Below, one piece after another: positions 40,512 to 48,156 of a stretch of 64,000 bases of DNA (its first letter is position 1; each line of letters starts with the position of its first letter). A program made the position numbers and the translations under genes. The stretch comes from an uncultured Gemmatimonadaceae bacterium (GTDB taxonomy: Bacteria > Gemmatimonadota > Gemmatimonadetes > Gemmatimonadales > Gemmatimonadaceae), in assembly GCA_964415485.1 (NCBI GenBank), contig CAYQAO010000001.1:1756-65755 (forward strand), given 5' to 3'. The notes under the pieces are model-generated. The model made no database searches. It was not told where the DNA came from and saw only the letters and a list, made by a program, of their open reading frames with translations.

Positions 40512-41423
40512 ATGATCGCAAGACATGACACGGGACTCGACAGGGCGGATGTGTGGCAGAGGCTGGCCGAACCCGTAGACGAGAGCGCCATTGGCTGGAG
40601 GCAGGACGGCAAGGTCATTCAGCGCGACGGGCGATACCTCGCCCGATTCGTGGCTTACATCGAGGCGAACACTGTGCGCGAGCGCCTGGACGCGGTGGTG
40701 CCTGGCGAGTGGGACCTGACGCTCGAGCTGTTGCCGCCCATCGCGAGCGGTGACGATCCTGATTCCGCTGCGTGCACATTCAAGGCACGCCTGCAGATTC
40801 TTGGCGTGATCCGGGAGGACGTCGGCTTCGGCCGGGACTACAAGTCCGCGTCCACCGATGCCTTCAAGCGTGCAGCAGTGCGCTTCGGGATCGGCCACGA
40901 GCTCTACTCGTACGAGCAGAACTGGGTGGAGATGGACGGGGACGGTCGTTATGCGCGCCCGGTGGAGGACCCGGCCGCTGCCTATGCACGGCGCCTGGCC
41001 CGCAAGGCCGCGTCAGGCAGCAGGAGTCGCAAGGCTCGCGTATCGGAGTCGCCGGCTTCCGAAAGATCCGGCGAAGCCGCAAGGGAGGAGGCCGAAGGCA
41101 CCCTGTCGCTACGCTCGAACGACACTCCGGATTGTCCGGTGTGCGGCGGACGGATGTGGGACAACCGCCTCACGAAGCGGAATCCCAAGGCGCCTGACTT
41201 CAAGTGCAGGGACCGCAACTGTGAAGGCGTGATATGGCCGGCCAGGTCTGCGGACGAGGAAGTGGCAACGGTGGGGGCCGGGGCGGCCGCGGAATCCGGC
41301 GCAGCGCGGCGCTCCGGTTCCGCATCCGGAAAGGCGCAGAGAGCGGCTTCCCGCGCGAAGGCGGATTCCGATATGGAAGCGGAGGCGGTGCCGGAGAATC
41401 CGGACGCGGAGCTTCCGTTCTGA
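40512..41423 (+). CDS. Rad52/Rad22-family (DdrA-like) single-strand annealing protein with zinc ribbon and acidic C-terminal tip
   Basis: 303 aa with SD GGAGGAGAG before the ATG. The N-terminal 140 aa (WQRLAEP...IGWRQ...VRERLDAVVPGEWD...ARLQILGVIREDVGFG...STDAFKRAAVRFGIGHELY) match the Rad52/DdrA pattern as I remember it. CPVC-x20-CRDRNC lies at 41133..41222. C-terminus is ...ENPDAELPF. Confidence 0.75.
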   Translation: MIARHDTGLDRADVWQRLAEPVDESAIGWRQDGKVIQRDGRYLARFVAYIEANTVRERLDAVVPGEWDLTLELLPPIASGDDPDSAACTFKARLQILGVIREDVGFGRDYKSASTDAFKRAAVRFGIGHELYSYEQNWVEMDGDGRYARPVEDPAAAYARRLARKAASGSRSRKARVSESPASERSGEAAREEAEGTLSLRSNDTPDCPVCGGRMWDNRLTKRNPKAPDFKCRDRNCEGVIWPARSADEEVATVGAGAAAESGAARRSGSASGKAQRAASRAKADSDMEAEAVPENPDAELPF

Positions 41424-41447
41424 CACCTTGCATGAGCGGTCCATGCG

Positions 41448-41482
41448 CAGCCGGCCGATTGCTCCCTGCAATCGGCCGGCTG
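41448..41482. terminator. hairpin shared by convergent ddrA-like gene and tRNA-Leu
   Basis: 13-bp stem CAGCCGGCCGATT/AATCGGCCGGCTG with a 9-nt loop, followed on the plus strand by TGTCGTTCC (weak T tract). Confidence 0.45.
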
Positions 41483-41510
41483 TGTCGTTCCGTCAGGACG
41501 CTGTCGCCAG

Positions 41511-41593
41511 TACCCGGGGCGGGATTCGAACCCGCACGCTCTTGCGAGCAGAGGATTTTAAGTCCGCCGCGTCTACCATTTCGCCACCCGGGC
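41511..41593 (-). tRNA. tRNA-Leu (anticodon UAA)
   Basis: 83 nt: GCCCGGGTGGCGAAATGGTAGAC...CTTAAAA loop...long variable arm...GCGGGTTCGAATCCCGCCCCGGGTA. Close to E. coli leuZ as I recall it. CCA not encoded. Confidence 0.9.
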
Positions 41594-41600
41594 GCAGCAC

Positions 41601-41653
41601 CAACAAACAAAACGGCTGCGCGCGCGACTAACAATGATCGCGCCCGCAGCCGT
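41601..41653 (-). terminator. compound hairpin plus T-rich tract between tRNA-Gly and tRNA-Leu
   Basis: Outer stem ACGGCTGCG/CGCAGCCGT enclosing inner stem GCGCGA/TCGCGC, followed on the minus strand by TTTGTTTGTTG. Confidence 0.45.
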
Positions 41654-41657
41654 CAAG

Positions 41658-41730
41658 AGCGGGAAACGGGACTCGAACCCGCGACCCCAACCTTGGCAAG
41701 GTTGTGCTCTACCAACTGAGCTATTCCCGC
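41658..41730 (-). tRNA. tRNA-Gly (anticodon GCC)
   Basis: 73 nt: GCGGGAATAGCTCAGTTGGTAGAGCACAACCTTGCCAAGGTTGGGGTCGCGGGTTCGAGTCCCGTTTCCCGCT. Nearly identical to E. coli glyV as I recall it. Discriminator U. CCA not encoded. Confidence 0.95.
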
Positions 41731-41740
41731 ATCTCCCGAA

Positions 41741-41769
41741 AAGTTACGCAAACCGGACGCGACCGACAA
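41741..41769 (-). promoter_or_regulatory. sigma70-like promoter candidate for tRNA-Gly
   Basis: Minus strand reads TTGTCG-17 nt-TAACTT. The -10 ends 10 nt before the mature tRNA 5' end. Confidence 0.4.
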
Positions 41770-41788
41770 GCGGCCTGCAGACGTTCCT

Positions 41789-43699
41789 TCAGGCCCTGAA
41801 GCCCAGCGCGTGTGCAGCGTACCATACCGTGTACGCGAGAAGTCCCGAGAGCGACGCATCTCCGCGCCCGGTCACCGCCCTTCCCTCCCCGTCAACGATG
41901 GCCGCGGCTATTCCACCGTCCATCGGGGCCCGGCGGAGCCACTCGAGCGCCCGTTCGCCATCCGGCCCGAAGACCTTGCCCACCTGCCTGGCGAGCGAGA
42001 GGTGCCGCACGAGGTCGGACGCCTGGCCGCCCCGCGCCGGCGCAGACGCATCACCGGCATCCACGGCACTTCCTTCCCGTTCCACGAGCGCACGTGCCGT
42101 GCGCCTGTAGGTGGAGTCGTCACGTGGAACGAACTCGTAGGCCGGCAGCCAGAAGAGCGAGCCTGCCTGCGAGTCCGTCTCGTCTATTCGCCCGGCGAGA
42201 TCCGAGGACGAGCCGAAGACCGATGCGCCGCCCGACTCAGTCGCGAAGTGCCGGATCGCAGCTGCGCGCACCGCATCCGGGTCCTCCAGTCGTCGAGCGT
42301 ACTCTTCGTCCAGCGTCCGTCGCAGGATATCCAGGGCGTGCGCGATCACGGCGTTCCCGTGAAGGGTGTACGGCATTGCGGCAATGCTGCCGTCCAGGTC
42401 CATCTCGGTGCTGTACAGCGGAAACCGGGCATGCTTGCGCGCAGCGATGTCCTCCGCCACGAGGTACATCGTCTCGGCCACCACCGGTTCCTCGACGATC
42501 TGATCGTCGCCGGTATCGCGGATGTATCTATCCAGCGCGAGCGCGTAAGACGCCAGTCCCTCCAGCGTGAATCCGGGCGCGAAGAGCGTTCCATCCACAT
42601 AGCTCACGCCGCGTCCGGGCCAGTAGCCATGCAGCTCGAACATCCGGAGCAGGAGCTCCCGAGCGAGCGGCCCGTCCGACAGCTGTACGGCCGGGATGGT
42701 CCACGTGAGCGCCTCCCAGTCGCGCACCGTGATTCCGTGTGGGGACCACGGCGCGCGGCTTCGCACCAGGTAGAACTGCGAATCGTCGAGTGCCCTGGCA
42801 ACGGAGTAGAAGTAGGCGAACATCAGGTTGCGGTTCACCAGGCGATCGAGGCTTTCGGAACCCGTGCTCTGCTGCAGGTGTGCCAGTGCGTCGCGCGTGC
42901 CCGAGAGGAGCATCCTCCAGCCGCGCGCGCGGATTGCACGAAGCGTGGCGGCTGCGCCGTCTCTCTCGGGCGCCGCCGTGAGGTAAAACGCGACTTCGGC
43001 CCGCTCGCCGGGCGCAAGCGTAAGGCGCCGCACGAGAGAGTGGACGGAAGCCGCATCGCCAGCTCCCGCATCGGCAGCAACGCGAGCGACGGTACCCTCG
43101 TCACCGCCTATCGCGAGCGCAGCCAGCCCCGGCTGGCGCTCGCCCTCCAGTATCACCAGGTCCCCCGCCACGCTGGCGCGGCACGCATCGCCTGCCGGCC
43201 GCGACGACTGCACACGAAGCTCGCGAGATCCCAGCACGCCCTCCAGCGAGCATTCAACCTCGCGGTGAATCGGACCGCGGTTCTCGAGACTCAGGGCGTA
43301 CACCATGCCCGCAATGTCCGTGTCGCGCCCGAACGGACAGTAGATAGTGCCCTGCACAGCGACGTCGCCCGCTGCGCAGGCAAAGGACGGCATCCAGGCG
43401 AACGCCCGCTCCCATGCCATTCCCGATGCGCCGAGGTCGCGGACCTCGCCGTCCACCCTGATGACCGGACGAAGCAGCGCGGGGCCGCGTCCTTCCGACC
43501 AGTCTCTCGAACCGGCGAACTCCACGGCGGCCCTGGCTCCGCGATGGAGCACGCTCACCAGGTGCACCGAACCGTCTGCGGGATGAACGCACGGAACCGC
43601 CAGCCAGTGGTTCCCGGTGAGTTGCCAGGGAATGGATGCTGCCGAGGGGGTAGTCACTTTGCGCGAGAATGATTTGACTGTAGCAGAGCGGCCAGACAA
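41789..43699 (-). CDS. hypothetical protein, C-terminal six-hairpin glycosidase-like region (distant GH125/DUF1237-like motifs)
   Basis: 636-aa ORF (TTG start, uncertain) with protein-like composition, unlike its Arg-rich antisense ORF. Segments FTLEGLASYALALDRYIRDTGDD and SLFWLPAYEFVPRDDSTYRRTARAL resemble GH125-type helical-barrel motifs from memory. The N-terminal about 270 aa are unassigned. Confidence 0.55.
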   Translation of the reverse strand: MSGRSATVKSFSRKVTTPSAASIPWQLTGNHWLAVPCVHPADGSVHLVSVLHRGARAAVEFAGSRDWSEGRGPALLRPVIRVDGEVRDLGASGMAWERAFAWMPSFACAAGDVAVQGTIYCPFGRDTDIAGMVYALSLENRGPIHREVECSLEGVLGSRELRVQSSRPAGDACRASVAGDLVILEGERQPGLAALAIGGDEGTVARVAADAGAGDAASVHSLVRRLTLAPGERAEVAFYLTAAPERDGAAATLRAIRARGWRMLLSGTRDALAHLQQSTGSESLDRLVNRNLMFAYFYSVARALDDSQFYLVRSRAPWSPHGITVRDWEALTWTIPAVQLSDGPLARELLLRMFELHGYWPGRGVSYVDGTLFAPGFTLEGLASYALALDRYIRDTGDDQIVEEPVVAETMYLVAEDIAARKHARFPLYSTEMDLDGSIAAMPYTLHGNAVIAHALDILRRTLDEEYARRLEDPDAVRAAAIRHFATESGGASVFGSSSDLAGRIDETDSQAGSLFWLPAYEFVPRDDSTYRRTARALVEREGSAVDAGDASAPARGGQASDLVRHLSLARQVGKVFGPDGERALEWLRRAPMDGGIAAAIVDGEGRAVTGRGDASLSGLLAYTVWYAAHALGFRA

Positions 43700-43752
43700 T
43701 ATAGCCCGCCGCGGTCAGTAGCTTTCAGGCCAGTCCTCCCCGGTCGAATCTC

Positions 43753-45381
43753 GTGCAGCCACCGATCCTTTATCGAAAAGCAATCGCCTCGGCCCTTGTC
43801 CTCGTGGCACTCGGTGCACCAGCGGCACACGCGCAGGTGGCAACGGGTGTGGGGGAAGACGCCATAGTGGTACCCCGGGGCGTGCTGAGAGCGGAGCTGG
43901 GGGGAAGCTGGCAGACCTGGCGAGACCGCTACAGCTCCGGACCGGACGGACGCCCGCTCAGCGACAGGGTGCCGCTCGGCTCGGAGTTTTCGGCCACTCC
44001 CTATGGAGTTGCCCAGGACCCTGAACTTCTGACGGTCAGGGGCGCTGTTCGCACGCTGACAGGCAACGACGCCCTGGACGTGAATCTCGGATCCGTCGTC
44101 GCGCGCGCAGACGCGCTGTCCGCGAGAACCGTGTTCCGCATGGAGCTCGGACTTGGTGCAAGGCTTGCCCTGATGGCAAGCGTGCCATACGTGCAGACGC
44201 GAATGTCCGTGAGCGTTGACGTGGACCCGGAAGGAGCGAACCTGGGATTGAACCCCGCCCTGCTCTCTTCGGAGGCCGGAAACTCGAACCGGGCCCTTAC
44301 GCTTGCAGCACGCGCCGCTGCGGACCAGATGGCGGCGCTGGTTCAGTCGTGCGAAGCAGAGCCTGGCGGTACCGCATGCGGACCGGTGAATACCGATCCC
44401 GGGGCCGCCGCGGCGCTTGCAGAGGATGCGTCGCAGTTCGCGAGCGCGCTGTCGCAGCTCTATGGCGACGACGCGAGCGACGGTGCCAGCTACGTCCCCA
44501 TCGCCGGCGGAAGCGAGGACGCGCAGGTTGTGGCTCGCCTCAATGCGCTTGCGGAGGAACTCGTGGGGTTCGGTATCAACACGCTGGCGCCCGGTGCCAG
44601 ACCTGTCGGAGCTACGCCGATCACCTCCGGTCAGTTTGGATTGGCCGGAATCGGATCCGCAGGACAGGTGGAGCGCTACGGCATTGGTGACGTTGAGTTC
44701 GGTGCCAAGTTCCTGGTGCTGGACACGTTCGGCCGCCTTCCGGACGCCACGCGTCCCCACGCACTTGCAGTCCGTCTCGCGGTCGGCGGCGTTTATCGGT
44801 ACGGCCGCAACTCGGCGGACAGCGCGAGCACTCCACTCGACATAGGAATCGGCGACGGGCAGAACGATGTCGAGGGCCGTGCGTGGCTGGACATGGCGAT
44901 GGGTCCGAGGTTCTCCGTCGGGATCGCGGGGCGATACGGGGTGCAGCAGCCTGACGAGCCGGAGATGGCGCTCCCTGGAACCTTGCCCGGCACTGTGGAA
45001 CGCGATCTCGGAGACTACATGGAGCTGGACATCAGTCCTCGTGTGGCGGTGGGGCGCAGCCTTGCCCTGGCAGGATTCTGGAGCATGCGCCAGAAGGACG
45101 AAGACACCTATACCGGCACTCTGACGGGTGGGGACGGCCAGCCCGTGGACGCGTCCCTCCTTGGGCTGGGCAGCGAGACCAGGGAGCAGCGGGCCGGCGC
45201 AGGAGTGGCGTTCAGCACGATGGACGCCTACGGTCGGGGGCGAACGAATATCCCTCTGGACATCTCCTACCTGTACACCCGCACCGTGAGCGGCTCGGGG
45301 CGCCTCACGATGCACCGGGCGGAGCATCGCATCACCGGGCGCGTTTACCTGCGCCTCTTCGGGAACGTCGCCACGCGCTGA
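43753..45381 (+). CDS. hypothetical secreted protein, probable outer-membrane beta-barrel
   Basis: GTG start. Signal peptide ...ALVLVALGAPAAHAQ. C-terminal half has alternating hydrophobic beta-strand patterns and Gly/Tyr/Arg-rich strands, ending ...RVYLRLFGNVATR. No named domain. Confidence 0.6.
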   Translation: MQPPILYRKAIASALVLVALGAPAAHAQVATGVGEDAIVVPRGVLRAELGGSWQTWRDRYSSGPDGRPLSDRVPLGSEFSATPYGVAQDPELLTVRGAVRTLTGNDALDVNLGSVVARADALSARTVFRMELGLGARLALMASVPYVQTRMSVSVDVDPEGANLGLNPALLSSEAGNSNRALTLAARAAADQMAALVQSCEAEPGGTACGPVNTDPGAAAALAEDASQFASALSQLYGDDASDGASYVPIAGGSEDAQVVARLNALAEELVGFGINTLAPGARPVGATPITSGQFGLAGIGSAGQVERYGIGDVEFGAKFLVLDTFGRLPDATRPHALAVRLAVGGVYRYGRNSADSASTPLDIGIGDGQNDVEGRAWLDMAMGPRFSVGIAGRYGVQQPDEPEMALPGTLPGTVERDLGDYMELDISPRVAVGRSLALAGFWSMRQKDEDTYTGTLTGGDGQPVDASLLGLGSETREQRAGAGVAFSTMDAYGRGRTNIPLDISYLYTRTVSGSGRLTMHRAEHRITGRVYLRLFGNVATR

Positions 45382-45553
45382 CCGGGTGATCCGGCGGTCG
45401 CTGAAGCGTGCGACAGCGAGCGCCGGGCTCGTTCTCACCAGGTCGCGGTACGCGAAGGCGAGTGCCGGACCGGGATCCGCCCTGTCACCGCCGCGCAAGA
45501 TTTCGAACGCCGAGAACGGCCGCGCGGCTTCGTGAGGCCGGCCGGGACTGTCG

Positions 45554-47287
45554 TCAGGCGCGCCGTCGAGCGCGCTTATTCTGCGCCGACCTTGCCCCGC
45601 GCGATGCCTTCGCGTGTTCCGCCGGCGCTTCCCTGGCCTCGAGAAGCTCCCTGGCGTGCGCTCTGCTCACTTCGCTCTCAGGGTCGCCGCCCAGCATTCG
45701 GGCAATCTCCCTGACGCGGTCGTCTCCCTCGAGAACGGTGACGTCCGCCGTAGTGACGCCGCCGCGCGCCCCCTTGGCGACCAGGATGTGGTGGTGGGCC
45801 CTCGCGGCGATCTGCGGAAGATGCGTGATCGCGAACACCTGATGGTCATTCGCGACCCTTCGCATGGTAGCGCCCACCTTGAGCCCCACGACTCCGCCGA
45901 TGCCGGCGTCCACCTCGTCGAAAACGAGGGTGGGCACGCGGTCCAGCCTTGCCAGAATGGTCTTGAGGGCAAGCATCACGCGCGACAGTTCGCCGCCTGA
46001 CGCCACGCGAGCCAGCGGACGAGCATCATGTCCCACGTTGAGCGACACGCGGAACTCCACGTCCTCCGCGCCATCGGCACCCGTCTCACTTCGCGGAACC
46101 AGAACGGCCTGAAAGCGACCGTCGGACATTCCCAGTTCGGGAAGGACCGCCTCCACGCCTTTCGAGATCCGTTCCGCCGCATCCCTGCGCAACCGCGTCA
46201 GCTCGGCGGCCAGCGACTCGAGCCTCGCGGTGGCCGTGCGCTCGCGCTCCTCGAGCTGCCGCATGTCCAATCCCGCGGTGTCCAGCAGGTCCAGCTCCCT
46301 CGCTGCGGCTCGGCCGGTCTCGATAACCTCCTCCAGGGTCGAACCGTACTTCCGCGTGAGGCGGTAGATGACGTCGCGACGCCGCTGCACTTCCTGAAGC
46401 CGTTCGGGATCCAGGTCTATGTGCTCGCGATACGCATCGAGCTCCCTGGCCAGCTCCTCCAGCGCGTAGTAGCCGGAATCGAACAGCTCCTGAAGACGGG
46501 TGAAAGACGGATCGATCTTCTGCAGCGACACCAGCAGCCGCTGCACGCCGCCCAGGGTCGAGAGCACCGCCTCCTCGCCCTCGAGCGTTCCGCACGCCTC
46601 GCCAACCAGCGAGCGAAGTTCGTCGGCATGCTCGAGGCGAACGGCCTCCTCCTCGAGGCGCACGTCCTCGCCAGGCACCAGGGCGGCGTCCGAGATTTCA
46701 CTTGCAACGTGGCGAAGGTAGTCCGCGCGTCGCTCGGCGTCGGCACGACGCGACTGGAGCGCGGCCATCTCGGTGCGGACGGCGAGCAACTCGTGATGCG
46801 CCTCACGAACGGCGGACGCGGCCGCTGTCGCGCCGCCGAAGGCGTCCAGAACGGCGCGCTGAGCCGAGGGGTCCAGTAGTGTCTGGGCCTCGTGCTGCCC
46901 GTGCAGGTTCACGAGCAACCGCCCGATCTCGGCCAGCACGCCCGCCGTGACAGTCGTTCCGTTTATCCAGGCGCGAGTTCGACCGGTAGCAGATACCTCG
47001 CGCTTGAGGATCACGAGACCGTCCTCGACGTCAATCCCGCGGACGTCCAGCAGCTCGCGCAGGTCGGCGTCGTCCTCGCGTTCGAACACTCCCTCCACGG
47101 TGGCCCGGTCCGCTCCGGTCCGCACCAGGTCCGCCGCGCCCCGTTCCCCGAGCAGAAGTCCCAGAGCTTCGACGATGATGGACTTTCCCGCGCCGGTTTC
47201 ACCGGTCAGGACATTGAAGCCCGGTGCGAGCGGCAGGGTGAGCGATTCGATTATTGCGAAGTTCCGAATGCGCAGCTCGGTCAGCAC
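45554..47287 (-). CDS. recN: DNA repair protein RecN
   Basis: MLTELRIRNFAIIESL, Walker A LTGETGAGKS, long coiled coil, C-terminal SGGELSRVMLAL and LVFDEVDAGIGG. Confidence 0.9.
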   Translation of the reverse strand: MLTELRIRNFAIIESLTLPLAPGFNVLTGETGAGKSIIVEALGLLLGERGAADLVRTGADRATVEGVFEREDDADLRELLDVRGIDVEDGLVILKREVSATGRTRAWINGTTVTAGVLAEIGRLLVNLHGQHEAQTLLDPSAQRAVLDAFGGATAAASAVREAHHELLAVRTEMAALQSRRADAERRADYLRHVASEISDAALVPGEDVRLEEEAVRLEHADELRSLVGEACGTLEGEEAVLSTLGGVQRLLVSLQKIDPSFTRLQELFDSGYYALEELARELDAYREHIDLDPERLQEVQRRRDVIYRLTRKYGSTLEEVIETGRAAARELDLLDTAGLDMRQLEERERTATARLESLAAELTRLRRDAAERISKGVEAVLPELGMSDGRFQAVLVPRSETGADGAEDVEFRVSLNVGHDARPLARVASGGELSRVMLALKTILARLDRVPTLVFDEVDAGIGGVVGLKVGATMRRVANDHQVFAITHLPQIAARAHHHILVAKGARGGVTTADVTVLEGDDRVREIARMLGGDPESEVSRAHARELLEAREAPAEHAKASRGARSAQNKRARRRA

Positions 47288-48156
47288 CTGAGTCCCTCAC
47301 CACGGTCAGCCAGTCCGCCCCAGCCAAGCTTCCGGTTGAGGCGGGCAAAGAAGCTCGTGCCCGGAAAGCGTACGATCAGGACCGGGCGATCCGCACGCCG
47401 CACAGTCAGCGTTTCGCCAGCGGCGAAGGTGGTGCCCACCTGGCCATCGGCCGTCACCAGAAGCTCGCTCGGACCATCCGCTGCGCGCAGCGACAGGGTG
47501 CTCGACGCAGGTAACACCATCGGCCGCAGCGTCAGGGTATGCGGCGAGATTGGCGCGAGAATCAGCGACTCGAGAGTGGGATACACCACTGGCCCGCCGG
47601 CCGAGAGCGAGTATCCCGTGGAGCCCGTGGGAGTGGATACACAGACTCCGTCCGCCGAGAACCTGGCTACCGAGGCGCCATCGGAACTCACATCCACGCT
47701 CAGCATGCGAGCGAAGCCGCCCTTGTGGAGCACCACGTCGTTGAGGGCAAACAGCTTGGTCCGCTCACGGCCTTCGGCATCGTGCACCGTGGCCTCGAGC
47801 GCCATCCTCGATTCAGCCTGATAGCGGCCGTCGGCAAGATCTCCAAGCGCCTGCTCCATCTCGTGGGCCCCGCACGACGTGAGGAAGCCCAGCCGACCGA
47901 GGTTCACGCCGAGTATGGGTGCGGGATGCCCTGCGAGCAGGCGCGCGCCACGCAGAAGCGTGCCGTCGCCCCCGAGCGTGAGCAGCACGTCGGCCACCGC
48001 CGGGTCGGTCATCAGGTCGCCACCGCCGGCGATCGCGTGCAGCTCCGGCTCGAAGAACAGCCGGAGGTGCAGCGGTTCGGCCAGTTCGCGCAGACGCTGG
48101 AGCAACGGCGGAAGGCCGGCGTAGCCGGGGTGCCCGACGACGCCGACCTGAATCAT
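47281..48156 (-). CDS. nadK: NAD(+) kinase
   Basis: ORF trimmed to ATG 48156 (ATGA overlap with the dxs stop). Motifs GGDGTLL and TPTGSTGYSLSAGGP. Confidence 0.85.
   Translation of the reverse strand: MIQVGVVGHPGYAGLPPLLQRLRELAEPLHLRLFFEPELHAIAGGGDLMTDPAVADVLLTLGGDGTLLRGARLLAGHPAPILGVNLGRLGFLTSCGAHEMEQALGDLADGRYQAESRMALEATVHDAEGRERTKLFALNDVVLHKGGFARMLSVDVSSDGASVARFSADGVCVSTPTGSTGYSLSAGGPVVYPTLESLILAPISPHTLTLRPMVLPASSTLSLRAADGPSELLVTADGQVGTTFAAGETLTVRRADRPVLIVRFPGTSFFARLNRKLGWGGLADRGEGLRC

Noticed and set aside
38591-41593. Possibility that the module is an integrated mobile element targeting tRNA-Leu
   Set aside because: There is no integrase or recombinase gene. I could not find a direct repeat of the tRNA-Leu 3' end near 38600-38700, and base composition looks the same as the flanks. 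Rad52-family genes are often phage-borne, so a very old remnant cannot be excluded.
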